A DNA stretch of 64,000 bases from a virus: positions 43,023 through 107,022 of the IMG/VR virus record IMGVR_UViG_3300044638_008494, one strand, 5' to 3'. A program made the translations under genes and the position numbers. The notes under the pieces were generated by a model. That model did not search any database and was not told where the DNA came from. It saw only the letters and a program-made list of their open reading frames with translations. Below are positions 28,690 to 39,246 of this stretch, in pieces (within the stretch, counting starts at the first letter, position 1; every line of letters starts with the position of its first letter).

Positions 28690-30699
28690 TTAAATATATC
28701 TTAAAATAGTTAAATTTCTAATTGTTGTATAATTATCTATCTCTTCTTCTGGTTTTATTACAAGTATTTTTCCATCATTAGTAGAATTTAAAGCGTATGC
28801 AATTTTAATTCTTTTTCCACCAACAGGATCTTTTGTTAAATTTCCAACTAGCACATTGGATAAATATAAAATATCTCCAGCATTGTAAGTTGATGTGTTT
28901 ACGCCCCCAACAACACCAAAAGTTGTAATAAGACCCTCCTCATTATTTAAAATATTATGTGTTGCTACTCCAATTAAATGAGAAGTGTGGAAATCATTGC
29001 TTCCAATTGCTGGCCAAATCCTCGGTCTATTTCCTTGCACTCCTGAAATGTAAACAACCATCCCATTAGATATTGTGCTATTTGATTTATTAACTCCGCG
29101 AACATATTGTTCTTGCCCAATATTTAAAGTAACATCTGGCTTATCTAAATAAGCATTAAATGTTTTTGTATCATCGCTGTAAAAAATTCTACCCTCTTTA
29201 TATGGGATATTAGCATCTAAATTTGTAGCAAAATCAATAGTATTAAAATTTCCACTCGTATATTTAACAGTTATATTTTGTGATGGGTAACCATCCTTAC
29301 TAATCTCTATCCCGCTTACGCCATCTATATCTACTGCGCCATATGAATTATTTAAACTTGTAATTCCAGAATTTCCCGCCTCAACAAGTCCTGTCAAAAA
29401 TCCAGAAAGATAATAAAAATCTCCGGTCATTTGCCCAGAAAAAGAATCAACATATCCAGAAATTTGGTTTATATTATTTGAATAATTATTTAATGTTCCC
29501 GTAACTATACCTGAAAGCGTGTTAAAGTTTCCGGTAATTTGTCCAGATAATTGAATAAATGCGCTTGTCAAATCATTTTCAAAACCAGAATATTGCGCCC
29601 AAACCTGTCCAGAAAATGTTGTATACTGCCCAGTTATTTGTCCAGAAAAAGTATCAAATTGATTTTGTAATCCGCTAGTAAAAACATCATAAGATCCTGT
29701 TTGGAAACCTCCGGAAAATATTTCAAATATATCTTGGGTAACAACATTTTTAAAATAATTAGCCGAAGATATTGACCTTCCACCAAGAACAATATTTAAA
29801 TTTCTTAAATCATTAAGGCCATTATAAAGATCTACCCCTACAATTTTTCTAAATGGAACATAAAATGGAGTATCGAATCTTTTCCAATTTGCAAAACTAC
29901 CCGTACTTAAATTAAAAGCCGCTATTGTATATTTTATATCGTCTTTTGGATCTCTATAATAAAATCTCCCACTAAGAGGAGTGACTGGCGTTAATGGGTC
30001 TAGATTTAATGTTCCCCATCCGGTAGTCATCGAATATATTCCCCACCGTGTTGCTACAAACTGATTCGCGCTATAATATTCTAAAACTCCTTCTCCGGTA
30101 ATTGCCCCATATTCTAAAAAGAACGATATAGCAGCATCACCACTTGACATAATTACGCCTTGGCTGACATTTCCTTCATAGAGATCATGGTATCTACCTC
30201 TTAAAGAAACAGATAAATCTTCAGCATTAGGAAGGCCAGAATAAATATCCCAGCCTAAAATACAATCGCCACTAACTCTAGTTTCTGGTATAACCCCAGA
30301 GCTATAATATTCAGTACCACTAATATAAAACGGTGCAATAATTGTTTTATCTAAAGGATCATATAATGATCTAATATATATTGCTCCGCTCAATGTTGAT
30401 CCGGTAACGCCAGGTATTCTTAAACTACAACTCCATCCAGTAGCTAAATAATTTGATGCATTATATTCTTCGTACAGTGCTATTCCAGTATATGGATATG
30501 ATGCAAAAAAATTTGGAGGCTGTAAGCCTATTTCTGATGGCAGTACTACAAATTGATTATTACCAGGCACAACAATAGGCCTCTCGTCAAGAAGCAATGT
30601 CTCCTCCCAATCATCAAGCCTAATATTTACACCGCTTAAATATAGCTGAGCTACACTTAGCGTTGAATCAGACCTTCCAAATCTTAATTTATTAGTCAT
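28690..30699 (-). CDS. Fibre-like virion protein (two beta domains, SG-periodic coil, C-terminal fibre/decoration-like domain)
   Basis: Two copies of a domain also present in 47136-50258; 11-residue FSGQ periodic segment; C-terminal NKSNSTISNGMVVYISG...IGVAT...GDILYLS. Confidence 0.55.
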   Translation of the reverse strand: MTNKLRFGRSDSTLSVAQLYLSGVNIRLDDWEETLLLDERPIVVPGNNQFVVLPSEIGLQPPNFFASYPYTGIALYEEYNASNYLATGWSCSLRIPGVTGSTLSGAIYIRSLYDPLDKTIIAPFYISGTEYYSSGVIPETRVSGDCILGWDIYSGLPNAEDLSVSLRGRYHDLYEGNVSQGVIMSSGDAAISFFLEYGAITGEGVLEYYSANQFVATRWGIYSMTTGWGTLNLDPLTPVTPLSGRFYYRDPKDDIKYTIAAFNLSTGSFANWKRFDTPFYVPFRKIVGVDLYNGLNDLRNLNIVLGGRSISSANYFKNVVTQDIFEIFSGGFQTGSYDVFTSGLQNQFDTFSGQITGQYTTFSGQVWAQYSGFENDLTSAFIQLSGQITGNFNTLSGIVTGTLNNYSNNINQISGYVDSFSGQMTGDFYYLSGFLTGLVEAGNSGITSLNNSYGAVDIDGVSGIEISKDGYPSQNITVKYTSGNFNTIDFATNLDANIPYKEGRIFYSDDTKTFNAYLDKPDVTLNIGQEQYVRGVNKSNSTISNGMVVYISGVQGNRPRIWPAIGSNDFHTSHLIGVATHNILNNEEGLITTFGVVGGVNTSTYNAGDILYLSNVLVGNLTKDPVGGKRIKIAYALNSTNDGKILVIKPEEEIDNYTTIRNLTILRYI

Positions 30700-32131
30700 C
30701 GGTTAACGTAAGATTAAATTGAGTATAATACAGATTGGCCATAAAAACAGCATCATGCCCAGAAAAACCACTAGCCAATATATATAATTTAGTATCATTA
30801 GCGCCACTTAAAAATATACTATATTTATCATTTCCACCAAACAAATCGGCTTGATCTTTTATATCAATTTTTAAATTTGTTCCCCGCTGCACAACGAAAT
30901 GCTTGCGTCCATATATGCCATCCGAAGCAACATCATAACTGGCATAAAAATCTTGAATATTATATCTTGCAGCTACATAATCAATATGGCCCATAATTAC
31001 AGAGCCTGTTTGAACAAAAATTCCATCGTAATTACTTTTTGGAACGCGCATTTTTTTAATAGGATTAAATCCAGTAACGCCAAATCCGCCAGAAATTACC
31101 GCTTTCATGTGGATTGAATTGTAGAATGTATTATCTGAAGATGTTCCAACAGCGAAACCATATGGATGATTATAGGTAGATCCATGAAAATTATTAGCAT
31201 TTATTAATGTAGCGCCTTTTGTTTCAAAAAACGTTGAGCCTGTAGAATTTATTATGCAAGTATTTTCGCACCGTTGAGCAACGTTATTGCTGCTTCTTAT
31301 TAAAGATGAATTTTTATTGCCAGACGTAAAATTGCTAGATCCATGAACGAACAAATCTTGATCTCCGCCAAAATTATTTGCATTTCCAATAAATGAAGTT
31401 CTGTTATCAGAAACGTTAATAAGCGTATTGTTTGCCCCCCAACCACTTCCTATATAGTCTAATATGATTGTTTTTTGCCCTGTTCCGTTAAATATTCCCA
31501 TGTCTTTACCTGGCAACAAAAACAGTGGACCACCTTGTATGCCATTAATTGCATTTACTCCAGAAAATGCAGCTTGTCCAGCATCAATAATTATTGATTG
31601 TCCCGTTGGAATTACTTCTACCCCATTTCTTCCAATTAAATTAATGTCTCCTGATCTTGAATTAATTCTATATACCGCATCTGCCCTTATTCTTAAATTA
31701 TTTCCAGAAATATACGTTTGAACCCCTTGTTCACCAACAATTGTATATCCACTAATTGCTATTTGATTTGAATTTAATGGCCACACTACAACACTTCCCA
31801 TTCCAGTAAGGCTTACATTGCCAGACAAAGAATTTAAAGTCCCAACTGTTCCACCACCGCTAGGAAAAATATATAATGTAGAATTTTGAAAATAAGTGCC
31901 AATGCCACTGAATCCAGTAATATTGATAGCGCCTGTTACTCCGTTAATATTATTTAAGATTCCCCTATTTCCATTTTGAACTGTTAAAATTAAAGAATCT
32001 CCACTTTCTATTCCAACCAGCCCAGAAGTAGCATATATATTATTATAATTAGGATATAAAGGAGAAGTATATGCTGTTACTAATCCAGAAACATCAGGGT
32101 GCAGTTGAGAGGCGCGAATAAGAGTATTCAT
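30692..32131 (-). CDS. Fibre-like virion protein
   Basis: Repeated V..IN...G.I.L.G..G motifs typical of trimeric fibre shafts. Confidence 0.55.
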   Translation of the reverse strand: MNTLIRASQLHPDVSGLVTAYTSPLYPNYNNIYATSGLVGIESGDSLILTVQNGNRGILNNINGVTGAINITGFSGIGTYFQNSTLYIFPSGGGTVGTLNSLSGNVSLTGMGSVVVWPLNSNQIAISGYTIVGEQGVQTYISGNNLRIRADAVYRINSRSGDINLIGRNGVEVIPTGQSIIIDAGQAAFSGVNAINGIQGGPLFLLPGKDMGIFNGTGQKTIILDYIGSGWGANNTLINVSDNRTSFIGNANNFGGDQDLFVHGSSNFTSGNKNSSLIRSSNNVAQRCENTCIINSTGSTFFETKGATLINANNFHGSTYNHPYGFAVGTSSDNTFYNSIHMKAVISGGFGVTGFNPIKKMRVPKSNYDGIFVQTGSVIMGHIDYVAARYNIQDFYASYDVASDGIYGRKHFVVQRGTNLKIDIKDQADLFGGNDKYSIFLSGANDTKLYILASGFSGHDAVFMANLYYTQFNLTLTDD

Positions 32132-34026
32132 TATTTTTTAGAATGATAAAGTACAGCTGCCTCATCTGGCCCAATTTCATGATATGCGGCTATATCAAAA
32201 ACTTCTTTTGATATTTCATTTTTTGTAACATCAGATATTGGATTTTCAATATAGTTATTAATTGATTTCGTCCAGTTTGTTTTTTCTTCAGAAGAGACGA
32301 TAATGTTGGCAACATCTAATGCTATATTTTTTTGTGCTTGGTTTAATTTTTTAATTTTATATTTTTTCTTCAAAGCGTCACAAATACCCGCTTCCAAAGC
32401 GTCTTTATCTTTAAGAGTCTGGCTAATCAATTTTGTACTAAATTTGTATGAAGCTACAGATTTTTGACCAACTGGGGTGATTTTTTGTGTTGTTTGCGCT
32501 GCTGGCGTAGCTGATGGCCTGCCTGCTTGCCCTGCTGGCTGTTTTGGGTTTAAAAGTGGCTCATAAAATCCCTGCTCTTTTTCCAATATCATTTCTTTTT
32601 GCGATTCAGCCAACTCATAAGGTTCCGGCAACACATTTGTATTGATTGCAGAAATTGCATCTTTCGGAGATATTGCTCCTAACTCAAGAAGTCTTGTATA
32701 AACTCTTGACAAAACAGCAGAATCATTTCTAAAATTATGCGTTTTCCATTTTGGTTCTGGTGCCGATTTAAAATTCATAGTTTTAGCGATTTCACGAATT
32801 TGTGGCCCCAGAAATTTAGTCATAAATTCTTGCCTTGCAAACTCAAGCCTTTTGAAAAATGCATCCATTTTTGCGCTTGCATTTGCAAATTTATCATCAC
32901 CAAAAATAATATTATTTAAACCTAAACGAATATCACGATCTACAATTTCATACTTTTTAGGATCTAAAATGTCTCCAATTTGCGGTATCACAAATTGTGC
33001 CTTTGTTGTATAGTCTGCTATCAAAACTCTTCCAACGCTACCATTTTCAAAAATTTTTCGAAGCACTTCTTGGCTTTTTTGGCTTGGTGGCCCAAGCTCT
33101 TCATCGCCTTGAGTTATTAACAATACAGCTTGCTGTATAGTTCTTGAAATAGCCATGTCTACCTTTTTAAGCTCAAGCTTCCAATTTATATCTTCCAAAA
33201 CAGGAAAGCCCATAGGAACAGCAAGTGGTTCATAATCTTGTTTTTTATAAAAAATACTAACCAAACGATCTGAATCTAATGATATTTCTAAAGATTGATT
33301 TCCATTTTTTATATTTTTAAGCTCTGGGATAGTCGATGCAATTTTTTTATCTTCTTCGCTTGTTGGTTTTAATAAAGCACCTATCTCAAATGAATTCAAT
33401 CGCTTTTTGTAAATTGGCGCGGTAAAACTAGAAGATGCTAATACTTGAATATCATATGGATTCAAAATAATATACTTTAATGGAATTTTAAGCGCTGCTT
33501 CCATAATATTCATTTGCTGCAGCTTGCGTAAACTTTCTCTAGGAAATTCTCCAAATAATTTATAAATGAAAACATTTCCACTGCGGAAATATTCGCGGAA
33601 AAACATATCCGTTAATTGCCATAAATTAATTTTTTCTGCCCAAATATTAAAAAAGTTTCTTGACTCTTTATTTCCGCCAGAAAATGTAATTTCTGAAATT
33701 GCAAATTCTGTCATCAAGTCAATTGTGTTTCTAAAAATTGGCACATTCCAATATGCTTTTTGACACAATAAGATTGTATCTTGCAATGAAATATTTGTAG
33801 CATATTTGCCGCTATTTTTTTCATATAAAAACGGAGCAACTCCAGCTTCAAGATTTGCAAACCTTTGAATTCTGGTTATGCTACCAGCAGAATTCGACCT
33901 TGAACCCCTTTCTGGGGTTGTATCGCAAGAGCCAATTAGCTTATCATAATCATCCAAGCTAGCTGTTAGTGGCTCCGAAATCTCCTTTTTGCTCTTTTTA
34001 GACCTTGTACCTTTTTTAGATATCAT
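32131..34026 (-). CDS. Portal protein
   Basis: 631 aa, directly after the terminase; CQKAYWNVPIFRNTIDLMTEF-type N-terminal helix. Confidence 0.8.
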   Translation of the reverse strand: MISKKGTRSKKSKKEISEPLTASLDDYDKLIGSCDTTPERGSRSNSAGSITRIQRFANLEAGVAPFLYEKNSGKYATNISLQDTILLCQKAYWNVPIFRNTIDLMTEFAISEITFSGGNKESRNFFNIWAEKINLWQLTDMFFREYFRSGNVFIYKLFGEFPRESLRKLQQMNIMEAALKIPLKYIILNPYDIQVLASSSFTAPIYKKRLNSFEIGALLKPTSEEDKKIASTIPELKNIKNGNQSLEISLDSDRLVSIFYKKQDYEPLAVPMGFPVLEDINWKLELKKVDMAISRTIQQAVLLITQGDEELGPPSQKSQEVLRKIFENGSVGRVLIADYTTKAQFVIPQIGDILDPKKYEIVDRDIRLGLNNIIFGDDKFANASAKMDAFFKRLEFARQEFMTKFLGPQIREIAKTMNFKSAPEPKWKTHNFRNDSAVLSRVYTRLLELGAISPKDAISAINTNVLPEPYELAESQKEMILEKEQGFYEPLLNPKQPAGQAGRPSATPAAQTTQKITPVGQKSVASYKFSTKLISQTLKDKDALEAGICDALKKKYKIKKLNQAQKNIALDVANIIVSSEEKTNWTKSINNYIENPISDVTKNEISKEVFDIAAYHEIGPDEAAVLYHSKK

Positions 34027-34038
34027 ATGCAGTTATTT

Positions 34039-34044
34039 ATTACA
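34039..34044 (-). promoter_or_regulatory. Putative late promoter motif TGTAAT (portal)
   Basis: TGTAATAAATAACTGCAT-ATG. Confidence 0.55.
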
Positions 34045-34082
34045 GTAATGTATTCTGAAATTCATTTTATTTAAAAATTAAA

Positions 34083-35987
34083 TTAAATTAGGGTTGGTAT
34101 AAACTGTTCTCTTTTAATTTGAACCTGAGTTTTAACCAATTCAAAATAACACTTTACTCCCCAGTTTCCTAATAATAGCGTGCTGTAGTTATCTTTTCTA
34201 GGTTTATTATTGGCGGTTGAAGTTCTAGCTGACCTTGGGAGATCAAAGCTTTGATGACCTCTGGAAGTTGATGTTACCTCAATATTCGCGCACTGCTCTT
34301 TTGTTGAAATAATAATATCGTCTTGAAGTTCAATAAATTCTCTTATTGATAATTTTCTATTATCTTCTTTGGAGTCGCCCTCTAGAACGCCAGATCCATG
34401 AGGAAATACTAATTTTAATGGAATTCTTAAATTAAACATATAGGACATATATTCTGGATGATTGCTCGCGCGAGAAGCAAACCATATTTTTTTATGATCA
34501 ATACATGATTGCAAATAAGAATTAGATCTCATAATCCAATCAGTACTTGGTGTTTGCCTGATGCACATGCATCCCATATCTGGGCTATATTGCTTTTTTG
34601 CTTTAATAAGCATATCCACTTGATCCTGACCATCTTTAGTAGAATCCCATTCTGTTATATATGTTATTTTTTTACTTATACCCTTAAATAATTCACTTTC
34701 ATTACATGCATCAATAATTGTATCCAAGTTCGAAGAGTCGGCAATTATTAAAACAACGTTAAAATGTGTTAGTACATAATAAATATATTTTATATGATCT
34801 TGAAGATCTGCGCCAACCCTCTGATATCCGTGAACAAGAACTCCTTCTTCTTTTTCCTCATCAAGCTCTATAACTGACATGGCAAAAAAGTCTGATGAGG
34901 CACTTTTTGAATAGTTTGGGTCAATTGATAATATATATTTTTTTAATGGGTCTCCAGTAACTTTAGAATGTGGATACTCACCATCTGGAATGGTACATTC
35001 GTTCATTTTACGCATTGAAAAATACCCATCGCCACCATCACGAAATTGCGCGCCATATTCGCGTTGAAATGAATCTTCTGATATGCTTGCTCTTTGTGAT
35101 TGGATAAATTCTCGGTTTAATATAGTTGCCGGTATAGCCTCCCATCCCATTTGTGATATAAAATAAGTCGGTCTTTCTTCTTCCTTATTATTCATCGTCA
35201 AAATATCCGGACGTTCTACAAAATCAGTCCAGTCAGAATACATTTTATACAAATGCTGAAATTGATAAGATGCAGATGATAAGCAAATCATTTGCGCGGC
35301 ATTTTCAAAAATCATTTTATTATTGGGATGTAATGTGCCAGCTTTAATTAACTCGTCCTCTAACTTTCTAACTTTAATTCTAAATGCTGCATCCCTTGGC
35401 GAAGAAAGGAATGGCGCCAATACATCATTAATCATCTGTGGAGATAATAACAACACCTCATCGAGAATAAGAACGTCACAGCGCATACCTCGCGTATCTT
35501 CGGAAAGCGGAATGGCACATATATATCCGCCATTAACATCCCATTGAAACTTATCGTTTCTTAAATATGGCTTTTTGTCAAAGCATGACCTTGCAAGCTG
35601 AGCCTCTTCCGTGTTTAATAGCCTTACAATTTCTTCAAAAATTCTACGGCTTGTTCTAAAATTTGCTGAAGCAATAACAATTCTAGTACCAGGCTCAAAT
35701 ATGCATTTTAATATACAATACCAACCCGCCAAAGTAGATTTTCCACCACCACGACTAAAAATAAGCATGCAATTATTCTTTTCAAACATTGCATTTATAT
35801 GCATAACCTGCATAGGCTCCATATTAATTCCAAGAATTAACTGCGATGTAAAGCCAATGTTGTGACGCAAGAATTTTGCCAAAGTTATTTTAGCCGTTCT
35901 ATCATCAATCTCGCCATGAAGATTTAGCAGCTCTTTATTTACATCTACTATATCTTTTGCTGGTTGATTTCCTGCCCAAATTGCCAT
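34083..35987 (-). CDS. terL: Terminase large subunit
   Basis: Walker A SRGGGKST, Walker B VLILDE, SSA coupling motif, FQREYGAQF, RNase H-like SIDP...D and terminal KDNYS. Confidence 0.92.
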   Translation of the reverse strand: MAIWAGNQPAKDIVDVNKELLNLHGEIDDRTAKITLAKFLRHNIGFTSQLILGINMEPMQVMHINAMFEKNNCMLIFSRGGGKSTLAGWYCILKCIFEPGTRIVIASANFRTSRRIFEEIVRLLNTEEAQLARSCFDKKPYLRNDKFQWDVNGGYICAIPLSEDTRGMRCDVLILDEVLLLSPQMINDVLAPFLSSPRDAAFRIKVRKLEDELIKAGTLHPNNKMIFENAAQMICLSSASYQFQHLYKMYSDWTDFVERPDILTMNNKEEERPTYFISQMGWEAIPATILNREFIQSQRASISEDSFQREYGAQFRDGGDGYFSMRKMNECTIPDGEYPHSKVTGDPLKKYILSIDPNYSKSASSDFFAMSVIELDEEKEEGVLVHGYQRVGADLQDHIKYIYYVLTHFNVVLIIADSSNLDTIIDACNESELFKGISKKITYITEWDSTKDGQDQVDMLIKAKKQYSPDMGCMCIRQTPSTDWIMRSNSYLQSCIDHKKIWFASRASNHPEYMSYMFNLRIPLKLVFPHGSGVLEGDSKEDNRKLSIREFIELQDDIIISTKEQCANIEVTSTSRGHQSFDLPRSARTSTANNKPRKDNYSTLLLGNWGVKCYFELVKTQVQIKREQFIPTLI

Positions 35988-35988
35988 A

Positions 35989-36909
35989 CTATATTATTTC
36001 TTTTTCAATGCAATATTGCAAATCTATTTTTTTAACTTCTTCTCCAAGTCCTAAAATTTTTAAAATTAAATCAGTCATATGCTTTCTGCCATCACAATAT
36101 ACAACTTGAAAGCATTCATATTTTTTATATAAATCTCTAACTCTATGAAATATGTATTCTGGGCTTGTTGCAAACCACCGTTTTTTATTATAGGCTAAAG
36201 AGCTATATGATGCTTCGACCATTATAATAATATATCCGTTATTATTTTGCGCTCTTAATAATTCTTTTTCAAATCTTTCAAGATTGGCACCAAAAGTTCC
36301 AAAAAAATCACTGAAACTTTTACGCTCAATAACGATTCTGGAAGCTGGAGATAAGGCATAGTCGCCATAATCAAGCGCAACATTTACTTTTCTCAAATCT
36401 TTTGCAAATTTTAAAGGTCTCTTTTCGCGCGTGTCAATTACTATTTGCTTTGCAGGTTTTGAATTCGTAGCCCGTACATCTAAATTATAATAATCATATT
36501 TAGATTCTTTATTGCTTTTGATACATATTTCGTTATAGTTAGCCGAGCATAATTTTTCTATAAAGCGAATTGATGGCAAGCAGCTTATTGTTTGTACGAA
36601 AAATTCTGGCGGTGCATTTTTTAAATTTTTAATATCACAATATTTTTTAATTTTTCCAGATATATAATCTAAAGCCTTCTCTTGACCAATTTTGGCAAGC
36701 CAAGATTTCATAGAAATTTTATCTTCAAAATCTGAAAGAAAATATTGCTCTACTGATTTGAAATGTATTTTTTTGTTATTCGACAAATCATGTCTTGGGT
36801 AAAATTGTTCGAAATATCTTTTTTGAGATATCTTATGTTGCTTTAAATGCTTTGAAAGCTCTATCACGCCGCTAAATTTTTTAGCACAAAACTCGCATTT
36901 GATTTCCAT
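35989..36909 (-). CDS. ERCC4/XPF-type nuclease with an N-terminal C2H2 zinc finger
   Basis: CEFC...HLKQH finger; IVIDTRE, GDY and IERKSFSD motifs. Confidence 0.8.
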   Translation of the reverse strand: MEIKCEFCAKKFSGVIELSKHLKQHKISQKRYFEQFYPRHDLSNNKKIHFKSVEQYFLSDFEDKISMKSWLAKIGQEKALDYISGKIKKYCDIKNLKNAPPEFFVQTISCLPSIRFIEKLCSANYNEICIKSNKESKYDYYNLDVRATNSKPAKQIVIDTREKRPLKFAKDLRKVNVALDYGDYALSPASRIVIERKSFSDFFGTFGANLERFEKELLRAQNNNGYIIIMVEASYSSLAYNKKRWFATSPEYIFHRVRDLYKKYECFQVVYCDGRKHMTDLILKILGLGEEVKKIDLQYCIEKEII

Positions 36910-36910
36910 A

Positions 36911-38023
36911 TTAACCTACCAATTCTTCTACAGTTGCTCCACGAAGAAGGGCTTTTATTTCGGTCATAGAATTAATACGACCAGCCTCTTCTTTAATTTT
37001 CATTTTTTCCAGTTCAGCTAAATGTATTGTTTTTTTTCTAAACTCTTCATCTTTCCAAGCCTGTACTAAATTTATAAGCTTTTCAAAGCCATCACTTTTT
37101 TCTTCTAAACGCTTATTTCTTTTTGTTGTCAAATCATTATATAATTTTGTCTTGATATTTTCACATGAATTTAGTTCTGTTTGAAGTACGTTAATAGCTT
37201 CATTCATCTTCATTGAAATTTCACCAGCGGCCATAGTTGCGCGCAATGACTCTATTCTTCTTTGAATTTCTGCCGCTCTGACGATTTGATTGCACAAAGT
37301 AATAAATTGATCCAAATCTTCCTGTGTTAAATCTGGCTTGTCGTGAGTATACCTAATAAAAGCATCTTCAAAAAGATCTCGATCTCCTTGAATTTTGTAA
37401 GTATTAATTTGATATATAAAGCGAAATATATTAAGATACTTTTTAAGCTGCTGCATTTCAAAAAGCTGTTGTTTTTTCAACGTCTCTTCATTATATCCAT
37501 AATTTAAATATTTGTTTACACGCTCAATTGTTTGCTTTAAAGTTTTTGGTGGCTTATATTCAGAATCTATTAACTCTTCTGGGTTATAATTAATATTAAC
37601 AATTTCTAGCTCATCTTTTGGCTGCGGTACATTATCTTTTTTAATAGCATCTTTGATTTCTTCAATTTTCGCATTGATCGTTCTATATTCTTGGCTTAAG
37701 TTTGTAAGATCATCGTTATTAAAAAGCTCTCTTGCTATTTCTAGCGCACTTTTAACTCTGAAATTATTTTTTATATAAATAATTTGCTCTTCAGCTAAGC
37801 TAATAAAGCCTTTTAAAATAACTGTTCTTGTTTTGAATTTCAACCCACTCTCTTTGCAAAATGCTTTAATTGCCCTAGCTTCTTTTGTTTTTCCGTCCAG
37901 AGCATCATTTTCAAAAACGCTTTTAACAATGTTTGAAAGCTCAGGCTCCAAATCTATAGAAAAAAAATCAAGCACTTTCTTTTTGTGCTCTTCAGAAAGT
38001 TCAAAATTTACTGAATCAGACAT
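36911..38023 (-). CDS. Hypothetical coiled-coil protein (terminase small subunit candidate)
   Basis: 370 aa; HTH-like SALEIARELF; upstream of terL. ORF is solid, function speculative. Confidence 0.4.
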   Translation of the reverse strand: MSDSVNFELSEEHKKKVLDFFSIDLEPELSNIVKSVFENDALDGKTKEARAIKAFCKESGLKFKTRTVILKGFISLAEEQIIYIKNNFRVKSALEIARELFNNDDLTNLSQEYRTINAKIEEIKDAIKKDNVPQPKDELEIVNINYNPEELIDSEYKPPKTLKQTIERVNKYLNYGYNEETLKKQQLFEMQQLKKYLNIFRFIYQINTYKIQGDRDLFEDAFIRYTHDKPDLTQEDLDQFITLCNQIVRAAEIQRRIESLRATMAAGEISMKMNEAINVLQTELNSCENIKTKLYNDLTTKRNKRLEEKSDGFEKLINLVQAWKDEEFRKKTIHLAELEKMKIKEEAGRINSMTEIKALLRGATVEELVG

Positions 38024-38024
38024 A

Positions 38025-38708
38025 TTATATTATCATTTCTTTGACAATTTTCTTTGCTTTTATTACAATCTGTGCCCTTATCTTTTTAACAAATTTATAA
38101 CCAGTTTTTGTAGATCCGTTTTTATAACCAAGCATTGTTATAACTTCTGTTTCTGGATACCCATCTACAAACAAATATGTGTAAACCTTTTGCTGAACTG
38201 GCGTTAAAGATTTTAACATTTCGCTATGAACTTTTGGAACAAACGATTCAAAATCAAAACCGCTAGAATCTGATGCGCGAGCATCAAACTCATTGCCTTC
38301 ACCAAAAATTCTTTCATCATTTACGCTAACTGGCAACTTGACATCATAAGCATGTTTCTTTGTTTTCTCCCATTTTGCATAATCAGCACATTTAGAAGAT
38401 TGAACGTTATATAATTTACAATTATTTCCGCCAGCATTATGTGGGCAATTTAAACACGGTCTGGCATAGTTGGAATAATTGTTTCTAACAAGGTTAATAA
38501 TTTGATTTGTAATAACAGTATTTAACCACGGAAGGAGGGCCATCTCTGGATTCCACTTTTCCCATTTTTTAAAAATATGTAGTCTTAATTTTTGTTCTAC
38601 ATCATTAAAGTCCATCCACGCAATGGATGTTAGCTTCCATTGGGAGCGTCTTTTTGCTATTTCCTGATTTATTACATCCAAGCAGGATTCGAAAGATGGG
38701 CGCTCCAT
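38025..38708 (-). CDS. Phage RNA polymerase sigma factor (sigma70-family regions 2 and 4) with a Cys-rich insert
   Basis: DFNDVEQKLRLHIFKKWEKWNP...WLNTVITNQIINLVR (region 2); LTPVQQKVYTYLFVDGYPETEVITMLG (region 4). Confidence 0.72.
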   Translation of the reverse strand: MERPSFESCLDVINQEIAKRRSQWKLTSIAWMDFNDVEQKLRLHIFKKWEKWNPEMALLPWLNTVITNQIINLVRNNYSNYARPCLNCPHNAGGNNCKLYNVQSSKCADYAKWEKTKKHAYDVKLPVSVNDERIFGEGNEFDARASDSSGFDFESFVPKVHSEMLKSLTPVQQKVYTYLFVDGYPETEVITMLGYKNGSTKTGYKFVKKIRAQIVIKAKKIVKEMII

Positions 38709-38710
38709 AT

Positions 38711-39178
38711 TTATTCTTCGTTATCTATTATATTAATATCATTATCATTTTGATAATTTCTACCTGACATTTTAGCTTCTGAAATAAAACTCGCAGGCAA
38801 CGACTTCGCTATTTTTTTTCTTCCACGCTTTTGTTTTATAGATTTTTTTATACCAACTCCTTGTTTTTGCACCGGCTCATCAGATACCAAGTCGGCAAGT
38901 TTGATGCCATCATTTTGATTGTATTTTTCTATATTAACATCTAGTCCGCGCATAGAACTGTAATCAGTAATATAATCAGCTTCATTTTCAACTTCCTCTA
39001 CTGTATTGCTTTTATTTAAATTTGGCTTTGCTATATTAACCTCAAATTTATTGCTTTTAATATTGCTAATTGAAGACGCCTCAATAGAAAAAGATGACCC
39101 ACAATGAGAGCAAAATTTTGGTTTTTGAAATTGGTAAAGATTTTTACCGCCACATTTTGGACAAAAATAACTTAACAT
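38711..39178 (-). CDS. Zinc-ribbon protein
   Basis: FCPKCG...PKFCSHCG; probable start ATG 39178. Confidence 0.65.
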   Translation of the reverse strand: MLSYFCPKCGGKNLYQFQKPKFCSHCGSSFSIEASSISNIKSNKFEVNIAKPNLNKSNTVEEVENEADYITDYSSMRGLDVNIEKYNQNDGIKLADLVSDEPVQKQGVGIKKSIKQKRGRKKIAKSLPASFISEAKMSGRNYQNDNDINIIDNEE

Positions 39179-39246
39179 AATTAAAATAAATTTATTATGT
39201 AATATTCTACCCAATAAAAGAGTAAAAATCTAATTTTAATTTATTT

